Part shown: in pieces, positions 27,523 to 41,822 of the stretch
Numbering within the stretch: the first letter of the stretch is position 1
Layout of the letters: the number at the start of each line of letters is the position of its first letter
Assembly (NCBI GenBank): GCA_046563655.1
Contig: CM102284.1
Location: 6,944,001 to 7,008,000, forward strand
Length of the DNA stretch: 64,000 nt
From: Yuukianura sp. NJ FZ-2021
Taxonomy: Eukaryota
Reading direction: 5' to 3'
The notes under the pieces: generated by a model
Databases searched by the model: none
Told to the model about the DNA's origin: nothing
The model's input: only the letters and a program-made list of their open reading frames with translations
Translations under genes and position numbers: made by a program

Positions 27523-28706
27523 TTTCTGAGAAGAACTCTCCAAGCTCCAGCAGCATCAAAATTTTGTAATGAATGGTACACCATGACACTAATCGATTGA
27601 AATTCAAAAATACGAACAAGCACTCTCTCTAAGATGAAAGCGTAGTCAAAAGCTGCAGGGATTTTGTCAGGCGGCTCTTCCCAGCACTTTCACTTTGATC
27701 CTATTTCACTCCAGAACCAATTCTTCATATCTACGGTGGACCAGCAGGATGCTGTCGGCAAATCTAAAGAACCAAAGCCACATCTCAGTATTTGAAAAGC
27801 AGCCTTTTAAGAACACTACTTTTTGTTTACTTTTCACTTCACAACCTCCGACAAGTGGATCAACCAACCTAGTTTCTTAATATCCGCTCAGAAACTTTTC
27901 TTAGAATGTCAACATTTAGTCAGAAAAGCATGAATTTCAGGGTCGCTCGATTTGCCGCGACTGAATAACAAGCAGGTCACCAATGCTTCTGCTTCTGAGC
28001 AACTCGTAGTTTTCATAGACTTTAACTTCAAAGCAGTGACCGTGACCCACCCAGCCCATCATCAATTTCACCTTAGATGTCAAGCTTTTCAAATTAAAGT
28101 TTTGCAAAGTGGATACTTAAGTGTTATGTCACTGTTTGCCGTGACTCCATGACATAACTTAAAGCTTTGACTATCCTTGCCTTATCCACGCCCTAGGATG
28201 TGCTGAGGTTTTACGTTTTGCAGTTGAGAATTCATCAAACTTTTACCAACTCATTACAATTTTCAAACAAAAATGCCCCTTTCGTGTATTTTGTGACATT
28301 TTTAGCTTTAAATTATTTAAAATTGCTCAAGTATTTTCATAAGGAAATTTAAAATTCTGGTTTCACAAACTTTTGGGAATATTCATCACAATTTTCTCAT
28401 TTCTTTAAAAAGTGAAAGCAAAAATAAAGTTATCTATAATAATTATACATATGTAGATTATAAATTATTTATGGATATGGAGTTGGGTGAAAGTTAAAAA
28501 TTCTGAAGACACGAGAATCGTCATGACACCGAAGTTAGCTTAAAACTTTACATAAATTTCGAAGCAAACGAAAAAGAAAAGTAAGTAGCAGCGTGTTCGT
28601 AACCAATCTGCGTTAAAACTTATTGACCAAGTTCAAGCGTTTCCGCAGCGCAGTGCGCTTTACGCTGGTTCTGGAAACTGGACGTTGCAAATTAAAAAAA
28701 ACAAGC

Positions 28707-29709
28707 ATGGGTCAAGCCTGGGGTCAACTGTCAAAAATCCTTGGAAAAATAACTTCCCGAGCGCTCTCCAGTGCTCCAATTATTTTTGCAAGACAAGATG
28801 ACTACACCGCAGCAGGTTAGATCTCAAGAGAAAGTTATCTTAAGGTATCCTTGGTTTCTGAGAACTTCTAGAACCCGCTCAAATCCAAATCCTGTTCTAA
28901 AAATAGACTAAAACGCTACAGGACTCAAACTTTCTCGGCTAAAACCACCCTAACTTGACCTAACTTCCGATTAATCAACCTAATGTTCCATTCTGTTACT
29001 AAGGAACACCGCGGAGTAGACTTCGATTCATATGGGGCTTAATAATGAAGACAATGATTACTCTGGACCTACCCACGCGACGCTTTCTCTATCCAATCAT
29101 TAAACATCGGATTGAACGAATCGAAGCTTCACAAAAGTACAGTACAGCCAACATGATGTCACTAATGGAAGCCTATGAAGGATGGGACGAACAGAAATTG
29201 TTTGACCTTCACGACCTCTTCCAAGTATTTGAGGTTGACGGAGACGGACTCATTGACATCTCAGAAATGTACCAAATTACCTCAATTTAGCAAATTTTCA
29301 AATCAAAAATTTTCAAAATTATTTTCAAACAAAATTTTCAAAAATAATTCTGGAAAATCAATGTCATTAGGTGCGTAGGACTGGACAATTTGGGAGATCA
29401 GACACCAGAGCAAGAGCGATTAGATGAACTTGCCGTGGTTGATGAAGACAATACTGGCAGTATTGATTTTGAGGAATTTCTTCAGGTTAGAATTGTCCAA
29501 TTTTTGAAAGACAAAAACCACTTTTTTCAAAATTTGATAAAAAAAATAGTTGAAAATTGGTTTGACCTTTGCCTAAGGTTCTGTACAACATGGAACATCG
29601 AGATGATGTGAACCAGACATTGAAAGAAACTTTCAGGAATGCTGATAAAAACGTTCGGTTTATCCGACAGATGAGTATTATTCAACAACTAAGAAGCGGA
29701 CTTCTGTGA
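28707..29709 (+). CDS. Two-EF-hand calcium-binding protein (calmodulin/swiprosin-like EF pair), 206 aa. Exons 28707-28815, 29004-29268, 29371-29485, 29578-29709
   Basis: EF loops FEVDGDGLIDISEM and VDEDNTGSIDFEEFL; phase-compatible GT-AG joins; TGA at 29707-29709. The first exon (MGQAWG...) is inferred from frame continuity. Confidence 0.8.
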
Positions 29710-30978
29710 AAAACTAAGAAGCGTAACAAAATCCACGCAAAACAAGACTACGACACAAAGAGACAAACAAAAGTGAAAGTTGTGTAAGTGAAAGCTCCAA
29801 TGACAAAAGTTATGCTAGATCCTACGGCATATGATGAAAGGGATGTTCTCACCATTTCATCTAATGGTGAAAGCATTTCATCATTATCTTAACAAGAACA
29901 AGATCACGCTTTTTCATTTAATAAAAACCGAAACAAAACGACATTTCGACACTCAACTCTACCTTGTGTAAAAATCGTTTCGTTCCAACAAAAAATAACA
30001 CGATCCGGTATACCGATTTACCGAGAAACAAAAGCACATTTTTCTTTTCTTAGAGGTTTTTCTTAGAAAAAGCAAACGTAAAAAAAAGCTTTCATACAAA
30101 AAGAAAACACTTCAAAAAAAACTTTTCTCCCACTCACTTACACGCGCGTAACTCATTTTTTTCATTCTTCCTAAGCAACTTGTTTACAAAAACATCCAAC
30201 AGTTGGGTAGATCTTTTACATAACTTTTGCAGATTAGTTTGCCAAAAAAAAGTTTTTGCATCTAGAAAAAAAAGTTTCGTACCGTGTGCTTTCACTTTCT
30301 TAACGGAAGGAAAAGTTGATAATCCCTTGTCTCTTTTCTTTTTCGCAAACAAATGCAAATTCGACTAAAAGTTTTAAACGCCTCTAACACAACAAAGGAA
30401 ACCCTGTAATCAACGTTTGACTTAACTTCAGTACTTCCTTCTAAGGCATTTGGACTTTGTGCAAAAAAATCAAGGTTTTTGCAAGGGAGTACCCGTTTTT
30501 TTGCACTACTTTACTGGCGCCGGCCCATCAAAATGACGACGTTTTTCACAAAATTCAATTGTGTCACACTCGCAATCGTAATTTCATTTTGAGTTTTTAA
30601 GTTTAAAGAAAGGCAAGAGATTACTGGTGTACGAGACAGGAAAAACCAAAAGAAGGGTGTTGTTGCAAAAATGACCAAATCCAGTTTTAAAAGTTAAGAG
30701 AATAAATGGGTAGGACCAGTTTCCCTCCCGGATCTTTTTGCCAAACAAATTCGCAAAACCATCTCCACTTTGAACATCCTTGGAATTTTGGTTTAGGTTA
30801 ACGTTCCTTCGCAGATTCATTTCTACTAAACCATTGTTCTCCTACACACTTTTCCTAAGTTTTAGGCATAAACAATAACATTAATTTTGCTCTCTCGGAT
30901 CCGTTTTGTAAATTTCTAGTGAGCTTCGCATCCTCCCTTTAGTAATAAGTTAAGCTTTGGGAGGATTTTGTTGTGTAA

Positions 30979-33173
30979 TCCATTCATTCACAAGAACAAA
31001 AGGATGTTTTGAATGGAAATTCTTTGAGATGCTACCCGCTTTAAGTGCCTACCGCCATGTTTTCTGCTTTTTGCAAACAATGCATTTGCGAATTTGGATT
31101 TTAGCAAATGAAGAATAAAGATGAAAGAGGAGGCGGCAAAGTAAAGAAGCGGATTTTGGAAGCATTATATCCTTACTATTCATTCATAAAATTCCATTTT
31201 CGCAAACTCAACCAGCCTCAATTCCTGTTTCTTTTCATCCTCCGAAGGACGTTGGTACACTAAATCACAAAAACAGGATAAGTGTGTAACACTATCAAAG
31301 TAGCTCTTTCAAATAAAAAAAAACATGCAAAATTTCAAAAACTTCCAAATGATCATCATTACTCACACTTATTATTCACCCAATTAATGTTCCTTTTAAT
31401 TTTTGCAAACATTTTTTTTAAATTTCGCAAAAAACCCAAACAAGGTCAAATTCCTGTTCCAGCATTTATGCTGGCGATTGATGGGCGTTAGTATGCCCAA
31501 ATTGGTACAAAAATTGCAATCTTAAAATCGTCATTCATCTATCGTCTTCGTCACTAGTTTGCCAATTTAAGAGGCGCTGACTAGTCACTCAAGTGATTGC
31601 AAGCTAAATTCGCTAGAATTGATAACACTCCTTTTTAAGCTTGTGCCTGGAACTACGCATCTTCATAAAATGTCCAACCAGCAAAAAATACTGCCTCTTC
31701 GCAACGGATTTGCAAATTTGCAAAAATTTAGTCTGTTACGTTATAAAAAATAAATTCCATCTAGTCACGCTACGCCAAGCCTCTACTCGTGCTGTACTTT
31801 TCTAATGCCGCAAATTGCACATTGCAAATTGCAATGTGACACTTTACTGGCACTTCCGAGAAATTCAAAAAGCCAAAGTCCAAAAACACGCAAAAGAAAA
31901 ATCCTTCCCACCAAAAAAATTTTTTTTTTTGCGAAAAACAATTGAGAATGGCTTGGAAAATTCGTAAAAAGTGAAAACGAGTGAATTTTTTTTTTTCGAA
32001 AAAATTATCTAAAAATATTTCTTCTTAAAAATTGCGAAATTGCTTAAAAGATACGAAAAATTGTAAAGTCCAGTTTCAAAAAAAAATACATTGCGACTGA
32101 ATGAAATGAATCAGTCAATGAATCAACCTTGCAAAAATTATTGCTGACTTAAGCCTTTTGTATAAGTTTTACTCCACCACGTCACGCGCTCAAGAGATCG
32201 TAGGTGGAAGTAATTTGAAGTAATTAGCGATTACAAAGTTGCGAAAAAGATGTTTTTCTTTTTCCGAACTGGTGTACAGAACATAAAAAAGTGTATCATG
32301 AAAGCACCTTCAAAGGAACAAAAAAATATTGATTGAATTTGCAAAAACAAAGAAGAAAGTCAATGAATGGCGTGCGAGAATGAAGGTTGAGTTGTGCAAT
32401 AAAAATTAAACATCGAACTGCTACGGTGGGATTTTTTGTCAACGTTCTTTCATTCATTTGAAATGAATGAATGAATTACTTTTGCTGTTTTTGGTTATTG
32501 CAAAATTCATGTGTGTGTACCACCATTGAAAAAAGGATTAATCGAGGGTTTGTTTAGCTTATGGAAAAATCCATAACATCCCACGACTAGCACTTAGAAA
32601 GACGCAGAATATTGGCCACGCCCTTTTAAACTTAAAACCTCCTCGTATTTATAAGGTTAAAACTTTAAAACTAGAGCTTGAAAGCGTATTATTTCTCATC
32701 TATCATCCGCATCCGAAACGACAACAATTCAATTGAATTTTCACTTTTCCGACGCTCAGCAATACCTAAACTTTGTGAATGGATATCGAAAACATGAGCG
32801 ACTGAAAATAAAATTTTTGAACTCGATGGCATCAGAGCATAGCAAACCGAATCTTCCCAAAATTTCAACAAATTGAAAGAAATAAGCCTGGGACAACAAT
32901 CATGTTTTTGCTAAAAACGTTGCGAGCGCTAAAAACTAGAACAACGAAACCCATAACGCAGTTAGAAGTCCATAAGCAACAAGAATCTAACCAATTAAAA
33001 ATTCAAGCAAGCTTAACTTGCAGCAGAAACCAAAAGTTTGTAATTTCTATAATTTCAATTCGAAATTCCTTCCATTTCTGGAATCCAGAAAACAGTTAGT
33101 ATTCCCCGCCCCCTGAATTGTTCTGTTTCCAATTTACTCCGAAACAATTACTCATCTTGACGAGTTCAATGAA
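30979..33173. promoter_or_regulatory. Non-coding cluster of Capicua-type T(G/C)AATG(A/G)A octamers
   Basis: 12 exact octamers (either strand) at 30979, 30983, 31010, 31179, 32098, 32115, 32360, 32449, 32464, 32468, 32776, 33166. Confidence 0.55.
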
Positions 33174-33330
33174 TTAACAACTCATAGTATTTGTCTGTCA
33201 TGGAAGTCCGATATAGATTGATAAGTAATGACAAACTACACAAACTACAGGTTTCGTAGTAACACACTTTCACTAATATTGCATTAGCACGGAACATGCA
33301 ACTTTGCGACACAAGTCTTCATGTTTTTCT

Positions 33331-35419
<2,089 letters not shown>

Positions 35420-35797
35420 GATTAATTGTTGTTTAAATGCTCGAATTACAACTCAAACCTTCCTCTTAACGTTTACCGATGCGGTAACTGGGCTTGGTAG
35501 CCTGTCAAATTAAGACTGAAGGTTAAACTGAGACATGAAGAAGAGAGTCTTCCTATCTTATCTCAACTGGTCTAGAAGTCACAAGGTGAAATCTATGACA
35601 TTAGCAGAGGTTGCACTCCGGGCAACTTAAAACACACAAAAAATCAAGGTTAAAACAAGGATTGAGAATTTCTTTTTCTGAATCTTGAAAAATTTATTTG
35701 TATCAAGTGAAAGAGTAGTGAAGCTTTGAAAGAAAAATAACAAATGAAAAATTGAAACAAGAATCCGAAACGCCAGTGGTGACTGGTGAATCAAGGA

Positions 35798-36561
35798 TTA
35801 TTCGGTCCAACGATGAGTACAATGTGGATTTGTACAAACGTAGTAGAGTCTCATTTCATCCTAAAATTGAAGAATACAAACGAATTAGTTCAACATGAAA
35901 CGTTTAACGATAAGTCAATCTACCTCTGCACGTCTAGTCTGTGCTTGGAAAAATACTGCTTCCTTATTTTGACATTTTGGACATGGATGATCCTCGGTCC
36001 GTGGAAGTGTCGGGTCAGAAATCACGTCACTAACAATGTGGGTCAGCTCACTGTTAAAAAATCGCATATCAATTTAACATTTCTCTAATACTTTTATAAA
36101 TTATCATTGAATGAGATACGGACTTACTCAATTTCGTGAGTGATCTTGTTGACGTAGATGCAGTTGTTGTCGGCCAATTGCTTGTAGTCACAATTTCGAC
36201 ACTAAAATTCATACTCATATAACACTGAACGTGCTTGCTATCATTGCTTCTTAGCTAATCACAGTCTACTTGATTTGATTGATTCATCTTACAGCATAGA
36301 GAAGATGGCGATTCTCTTTGTCCTCTCGAGGATACAGCATGTTGTTGCTGCCAGTTAAGAACAAGACAATCAACAGCAATTCCCAAACCCAAATAGCACT
36401 GTCATACCACTACTTAGCGTACTACATACTTAACAGCTAACTTAATAGTAAAGCAAAAAAGGTATGACGTACCATTCCGGGCAAAACTTGATGCCGACAA
36501 ATCCAGGACCGGTATTCTGTGACTGTGCAGATCCATCGATGCTTTGATGACGACTCACCAT
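35798..36561 (-). CDS. POLR2I: RNA polymerase II subunit RPB9, 135 aa. Exons 36561-36473, 36347-36293, 36201-36128, 36050-35924, 35860-35798
   Basis: [23 protein letters not shown]...CRNCDY...[15 protein letters not shown]...[33 protein letters not shown]; two zinc ribbons; all joins in frame. Confidence 0.96.
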
Positions 36562-37341
36562 TGTTGACCGATGCAACTGAAGTAACGGTGACGAACGATG
36601 GACGATTATCAATTGACCACAACGACGATTAACGGAAGACGAAAAGATGAGTAGACGTGACTTTGTTGTTTGTTGACAAATACCGGCGGGTGACAAGAAA
36701 AAAAAATGAGCGAAAACGTATTTTGATCGTTGTTGTAAGAGACACTCTCACACACCACACCTAGCTGCGACCCACAGGCGGGCACTCGATATAACTTAAC
36801 ACAAACTTTATCCGCATAGTGCATAAACTGCGAAGTATAATATAGTACTTTGCGTCATACTTAATTCAAATAGTAATAATTTATTAGTGTAAATTGTAAT
36901 AAATAAATTAATTAAGGCCAATGTACATTAATATACATTCTTTATTTCACGTTTGACAGTATGCCCATACAACACGTAGTAGGAACGTTATGTAAGACGT
37001 AACTTTTACATGCATCAACAGCTGACACATGGTTTTTTTGAAATCGCGAAATCGGTAAATAAAGCTGTCAATTAATTAAACAATTAATTAATTAACATTG
37101 AAGCTTGAAGTCTTATGGTTTAACCTTAACGTTGAAGCTGTACTGAGGTATACTGTTTCACAGCATTAAACCTGCACAGAGTTAGGACGATCGATTAGTA
37201 AGAGATAAAAGGTATTTATTTTGTAAACTAATTTATGGCTTTATGGCTTATGGCTTATAGTTGCGTACCTAACCATTTGATTAATGGATTGATGTTAATT
37301 TGAAAACGTCCAATTCATTGATTGTTATGATTAGTATAGAA

Positions 37342-40300
37342 ATGGCATTTTTGGATCAATTCCCGAGGAATCCCAGCCCCGAAACCCTGATGGACGAACT
37401 CCGGCATTTTTTTCAATCTTCAGCCAATGCTGCTACAGGAGATGAACAAGAATTTAAGAGGTCAATTCGTGTAGGTCTTTGGCTAATACGGCACCTACCG
37501 GTATCACGGGACTCTGTTCTTGAGATCATTTCAGTCGTTTACCAAGAATTTGTTCAGAAACACTTGGCAAGTGTCAAAGTAAGTTTTTATGACATATTCA
37601 TTCTAATCGATTTGTCGAGGCTATTTACAGTGCCTGGTATTTGCTAATTACAGGACAATGACGGAGTAATTTCTATGCTGGAAGAAGAAATTGACGAATT
37701 CCTCCAAGATATACACTCAACTCTGTTGCTGTACCTGGACAACTGCGGAGAAATATGGTCTCCCCTACTGTCAAATTGGGCACTTCATCTTCTGGGTCAG
37801 CTTTCAACGACTCATGCCAATCGACCACCATTTTCCAGAAATCAAAGTGTAAATGAAGTCATTACAATTTGGATGGGATCTAAAGCAATTCAGAGTCTTC
37901 TTGCAATTACCTCGAAATGTTTGACATGCCAAGACCATTCTAACGCTGATTCATTTATTTCTAACCTGCTTGGTAAGTAACCATTGTAATTATTGCTTCC
38001 TAATGTCATTTCGGAGTAGTACAAACTTCTGTAATTCGTGTTTCCAACTTAATTTCAGATACAAGTGCAGCTCACAATCCATACTTCGACTGGGTTTTGG
38101 CTCATGTGGGAAACACATATCCACAGACCGTTGTCACAGAAGTTCTCAACCTCGGTTTGAATAATTATGCCAGTAATCCTCCTCAAGGTTCAAGACTAAA
38201 TTCCGTAGCGGGAATTCTTGGACATCTTTCTACTACCAACTCAAAAGAAGTTCAAATTGCCTTTGACCAGATGCTACAGGTAAGATTTTTCAGTTTCCCA
38301 CGAAGGAAGCTAATTTTCTGAATTTTCGAATTTTCAGGATGTTCTGTCCGGTTCAAATCCAATGGGAGAAAGATGCGCGATTCCATTTTTGTTCCAACTG
38401 TGCACATCCTCAACGCCGTTACTGGACGTCCTGGTGGACAGCATCATACCGAAACGTATGAACACAATTTTCAAAATTATGAAAGTATCAAAAATATTTT
38501 ATCGTTTTGCGTTTCAGTCAAAGAAGACATTCTGATTGGCATGCATGGGATGATTCAGTTATGGATTCAAATCCATTTTGGAAAAAATCCACAAGCTCTC
38601 GTCGCACTTGTGACACATCTGATTTTGAAAAGCAATCGGGGACCGTCCATAATAGAAATTTTAATCAAAGGAATCAAAACTTGGAAGTTTCTGGAAAGTC
38701 AGGCCAGAATGCTGCTGAGTAAGCCCTTCAACCAATCAAATCTTCTCATTTGCAAACTTAAATCAAACATTCTTTCAAACAGAAAACTTTGTAACCGAAA
38801 TCTCGAGCTTGCTCTACGAATCTAACATTGCTCACAAGGAATTGGTCAGAAATTTCCCATGTATCTCTGCTCTGAAAGACAAAGCCGAAAATCTTCTCAA
38901 GTTTCTTACCGATCCGGATCCTCAGATTGCCCGTTTTACAAAACAAATCATCAAGTTAATTTCATTTCACGAGGGAGAAGCCGTCGGAGTTCATGCCATT
39001 GTTCACTACTTCCGTCATGCTGAATCGGACACCCACATTTGGAATTCCACTGATCTCATAGCATCTCTAGAAATGAGATACCCAAAGCTTCTGGGATCAG
39101 CGATTCAGCGCCTTGTCATCGAAGCTCGCCTTTTTCCAATTGATCTGTCACTGTCTCATCTCCGTCCTTGGCGTACAATTCTTCGGATAATCAAAACTGA
39201 GGTCAAAGCAGGGTCATCTCTTCCCATCAAAAACAAAATTTCAGCAGTAATTCGTGAAAACTTAAATGCTCTGTCAACTCTTCTGGATACCAAGAAACAA
39301 CAGTTCAGAATGGACGAAGCCTGTGTCATTATCAGTATTCTTGCTCATGTTCCAGACTTGACACATCGGGTGACCTTCGGTACGCTTATAAAACTGGAAC
39401 GCTCTCTTGTCGAACTTTTGTTTCGTGTTCTTGCCATCCGAGAAGGAAAAGTTGAACGGGGACAGAAAATTCAACAAGTGAGCTACATTTCCAAACTACT
39501 GAATCAAATCTGTACCAAAACAACACAAGCTCTACAGAACGACGCTCTAAGGAGTTTGGTCCAGACGTGTCTCAATCCTGACTGTCGTCACTTGTTTCAA
39601 AGAACGAACAAGTTAGTGACAGGATCTCTGTCTGAAGATACACTTGTGGACGATGATGAATTTGAACCCGAACGGTTTACTACTTATGTTTCCCTGCTGC
39701 AAGAAAATCAGAAGCGATCCGTCAGCATTTCAATGAATCGAACACATTCCACAAGTTTCCATTCTGGAAGGTTCTCGAAGTCGAATGCTAGAAACTGCAC
39801 GGGAAGTGTCAAAGTGGCTGTTTTGGAGAACGAAGATCATGAAGTCAATGTGCTGTTGTTCCTCAGTGTGATCATCAGTGTTTGCATGTCAGTTCCAGTA
39901 AATGGCAGAGATATGCCGAATCAAGGGCTGGACAATAAGGAGCTAATGAAGCTCCGGAGAGATCCTGGACAGGCTGGAATGGAATCGCTGGAGGCTGATC
40001 CGGAAGTGAACGTAGAAGCGATGAGGAAGGTGGCGCTGCTCCTTGTGGAAATCGTGTCACCTGATGTCATGTTCAACGGTCTTCCATGGCCAGAAGAAGA
40101 ATTCTCGAAGGTAAGTTCCAGACTTCAGAATTAACGAATCTGTCGTTTTTTTTTTGGTAACTTGCAATGTTAATAATCTTAATTTTTGTTGACAGGTTCA
40201 AGTCGAGAGAGATTTGCAAATTCGGAGGGCATTTGAGGAACATCCGTACTTATGGGACATTTTGGAATTGGTTGCGAATTATTGTCCGTCACTGTGCTAC

Positions 40301-40982
40301 TGTTCAGTTCTCCTAAGAGCACTAATGGCAACTTTTATTTCACATTGGACATCCTGTCAGGTTAGTTTAGCCAATTTGTGTAGATTAGTTCACGTTTTGA
40401 GGAATTTGTGTTTCTACTTTCTGTTTTTATAGAAAGCCAAGGCGAGTCTGCAGTCTGCTCAGCTTCAATCCACAGTTCGGCTAATCAAAATCATGAAAGT
40501 TGGACAGTTGATTCCGCCGCCACTGTGTCACATCGGTTTAGTCATTCCAGAATTGATGGCAAAGGAAGTCGTTGTGCTCCTTCGAGACATTTGGTGGTAC
40601 ATGAAGGTAAAAAGAACGAAAACAAAACGTTTGCCCGAAAAGTTGAAATTGAAAGTTTTAATTTTGGTTCGTTTTTCAGATTCATGTCCCGATTCCGACA
40701 CGGTTCATCATCATCCCGGATTCGAATCGGTATGAACGAGACCAAGACTTCTTTCAAGTTCCGCTGATGTATACAGAACGACTACGCTTGACACTGATCA
40801 ACAACGCGGAAACTGTCGGATATCTCTATCCCAAACTGTTTCCTATTCAGAATATTCCAGCCGGAACGATATCAGGAGCTGCTGCTGGAGCAAACACTGG
40901 TATTGAGGCTGCCGTGCTGCCGATGACATTAGGGAAACTAAAGCCAGTATCGTCCGGGAATGAGAATTTGACTGCTAATTAA
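37342..40982 (+). CDS. INTS5: Integrator complex subunit 5, about 9 exons (largest 38782-40110)
   Basis: N-terminal WSPLLSNWALHLLGQLS and YFDWVLAHVG; C-terminal VSPDVMFNGLPWPEEEFSKV..ERDLQIRRAFEEHPYLWDILELVA..PSLCYCSVLLRALMA, which I recognise as INTS5-type motifs. Confidence 0.9.
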
Positions 40983-41313
40983 CTTTTAAGCGTAGAGAAC
41001 AAGGTCTGCTTTAAGTCTTGGCGAATCATTTTAACACTCTTTTACGGTTATGTTACTAAATTGTTAATGGGTAAACATTTCATTTAGTAAATTGTGTTTG
41101 ATTTTAGACAAGTTGGACACGTTGGAACGAATTCGGATTTGCAAAAGCGGGAATGTGTATTTATTTTTTGGACTTTTCGGACTTTGGAGTTTGGACATTC
41201 ACCTTTCACTTTGACTTTGGGTTGCTTGTCGAGTCGAAGGACAAAGGGGAGCACTAAACTTCTTTTTTTTTCTGTTGTATTCGTGGGAAGCAGACTTCGG
41301 CACTTTTCAATCC

Positions 41314-41475
41314 CAGGATTGGCAATCCGCAATCCCCGATCCCCAATCCGCGATTGGGGATTGCGTGGGATTGGATTGACAGGTTTGTGCAAAAGATTGG
41401 GGATTGCAAGGATTGGATTGATGACTTTTGTCGAAAAATTGGGATTGCTGGGATTGGATTGCCAAAACCCGTGCC
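41314..41475. repeat. GGGATTG/GGATTG-rich MITE-like repeat; related copy at about 44305-44470
   Basis: ~41-bp units gggattgcaa(a/g)gattggattgatg.ctttt..cgaaaa at both loci; partial TIR ttggcaatcc/ggattgccaa; no clean TSD found. Confidence 0.55.
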
Positions 41476-41822
41476 GACCATCAATCCCATTATATTTATC
41501 CATTTTCACCTAACGAAATTGTATTCACGGGCAAAGACAAATGGAATGCTCTAAAATTGGCTCACGGCTCTACAATTTGTCGTACAACCATTTTGGCAGT
41601 TGGCAAAAGTAACTACATATGTTAATTAACGTACACGATTTTACAAAACAATCGGAACAATGTGTTGTTAGAGAATGTTTTCCACACGCCAACGTACTAA
41701 ATACATTCTCTTTTCTCTTTCACAATTCACAATCACATTGTGCCGATTAACGTACTAGCAGCGTCAGTTCTATAAGATACATAAGATATTATCACATCCT
41801 GAACCATCAATTCATTGACGAG

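Noticed and set aside
27177-27623. 148-aa and 92-aa minus-strand ORFs
   Set aside because: Ser/Leu/Pro low-complexity products of the GGAAGAC MITE repeat.
28845-28853. U12-like donor GTATCCTTG in EF-hand intron 1
   Set aside because: Using it gives in-frame stops or the wrong phase, and there is no convincing U12 branch site.
36523-36558. ATG|GTGAGT possible micro-intron in Rpb9
   Set aside because: Only 36 nt and in frame, so it is simpler to read as coding.
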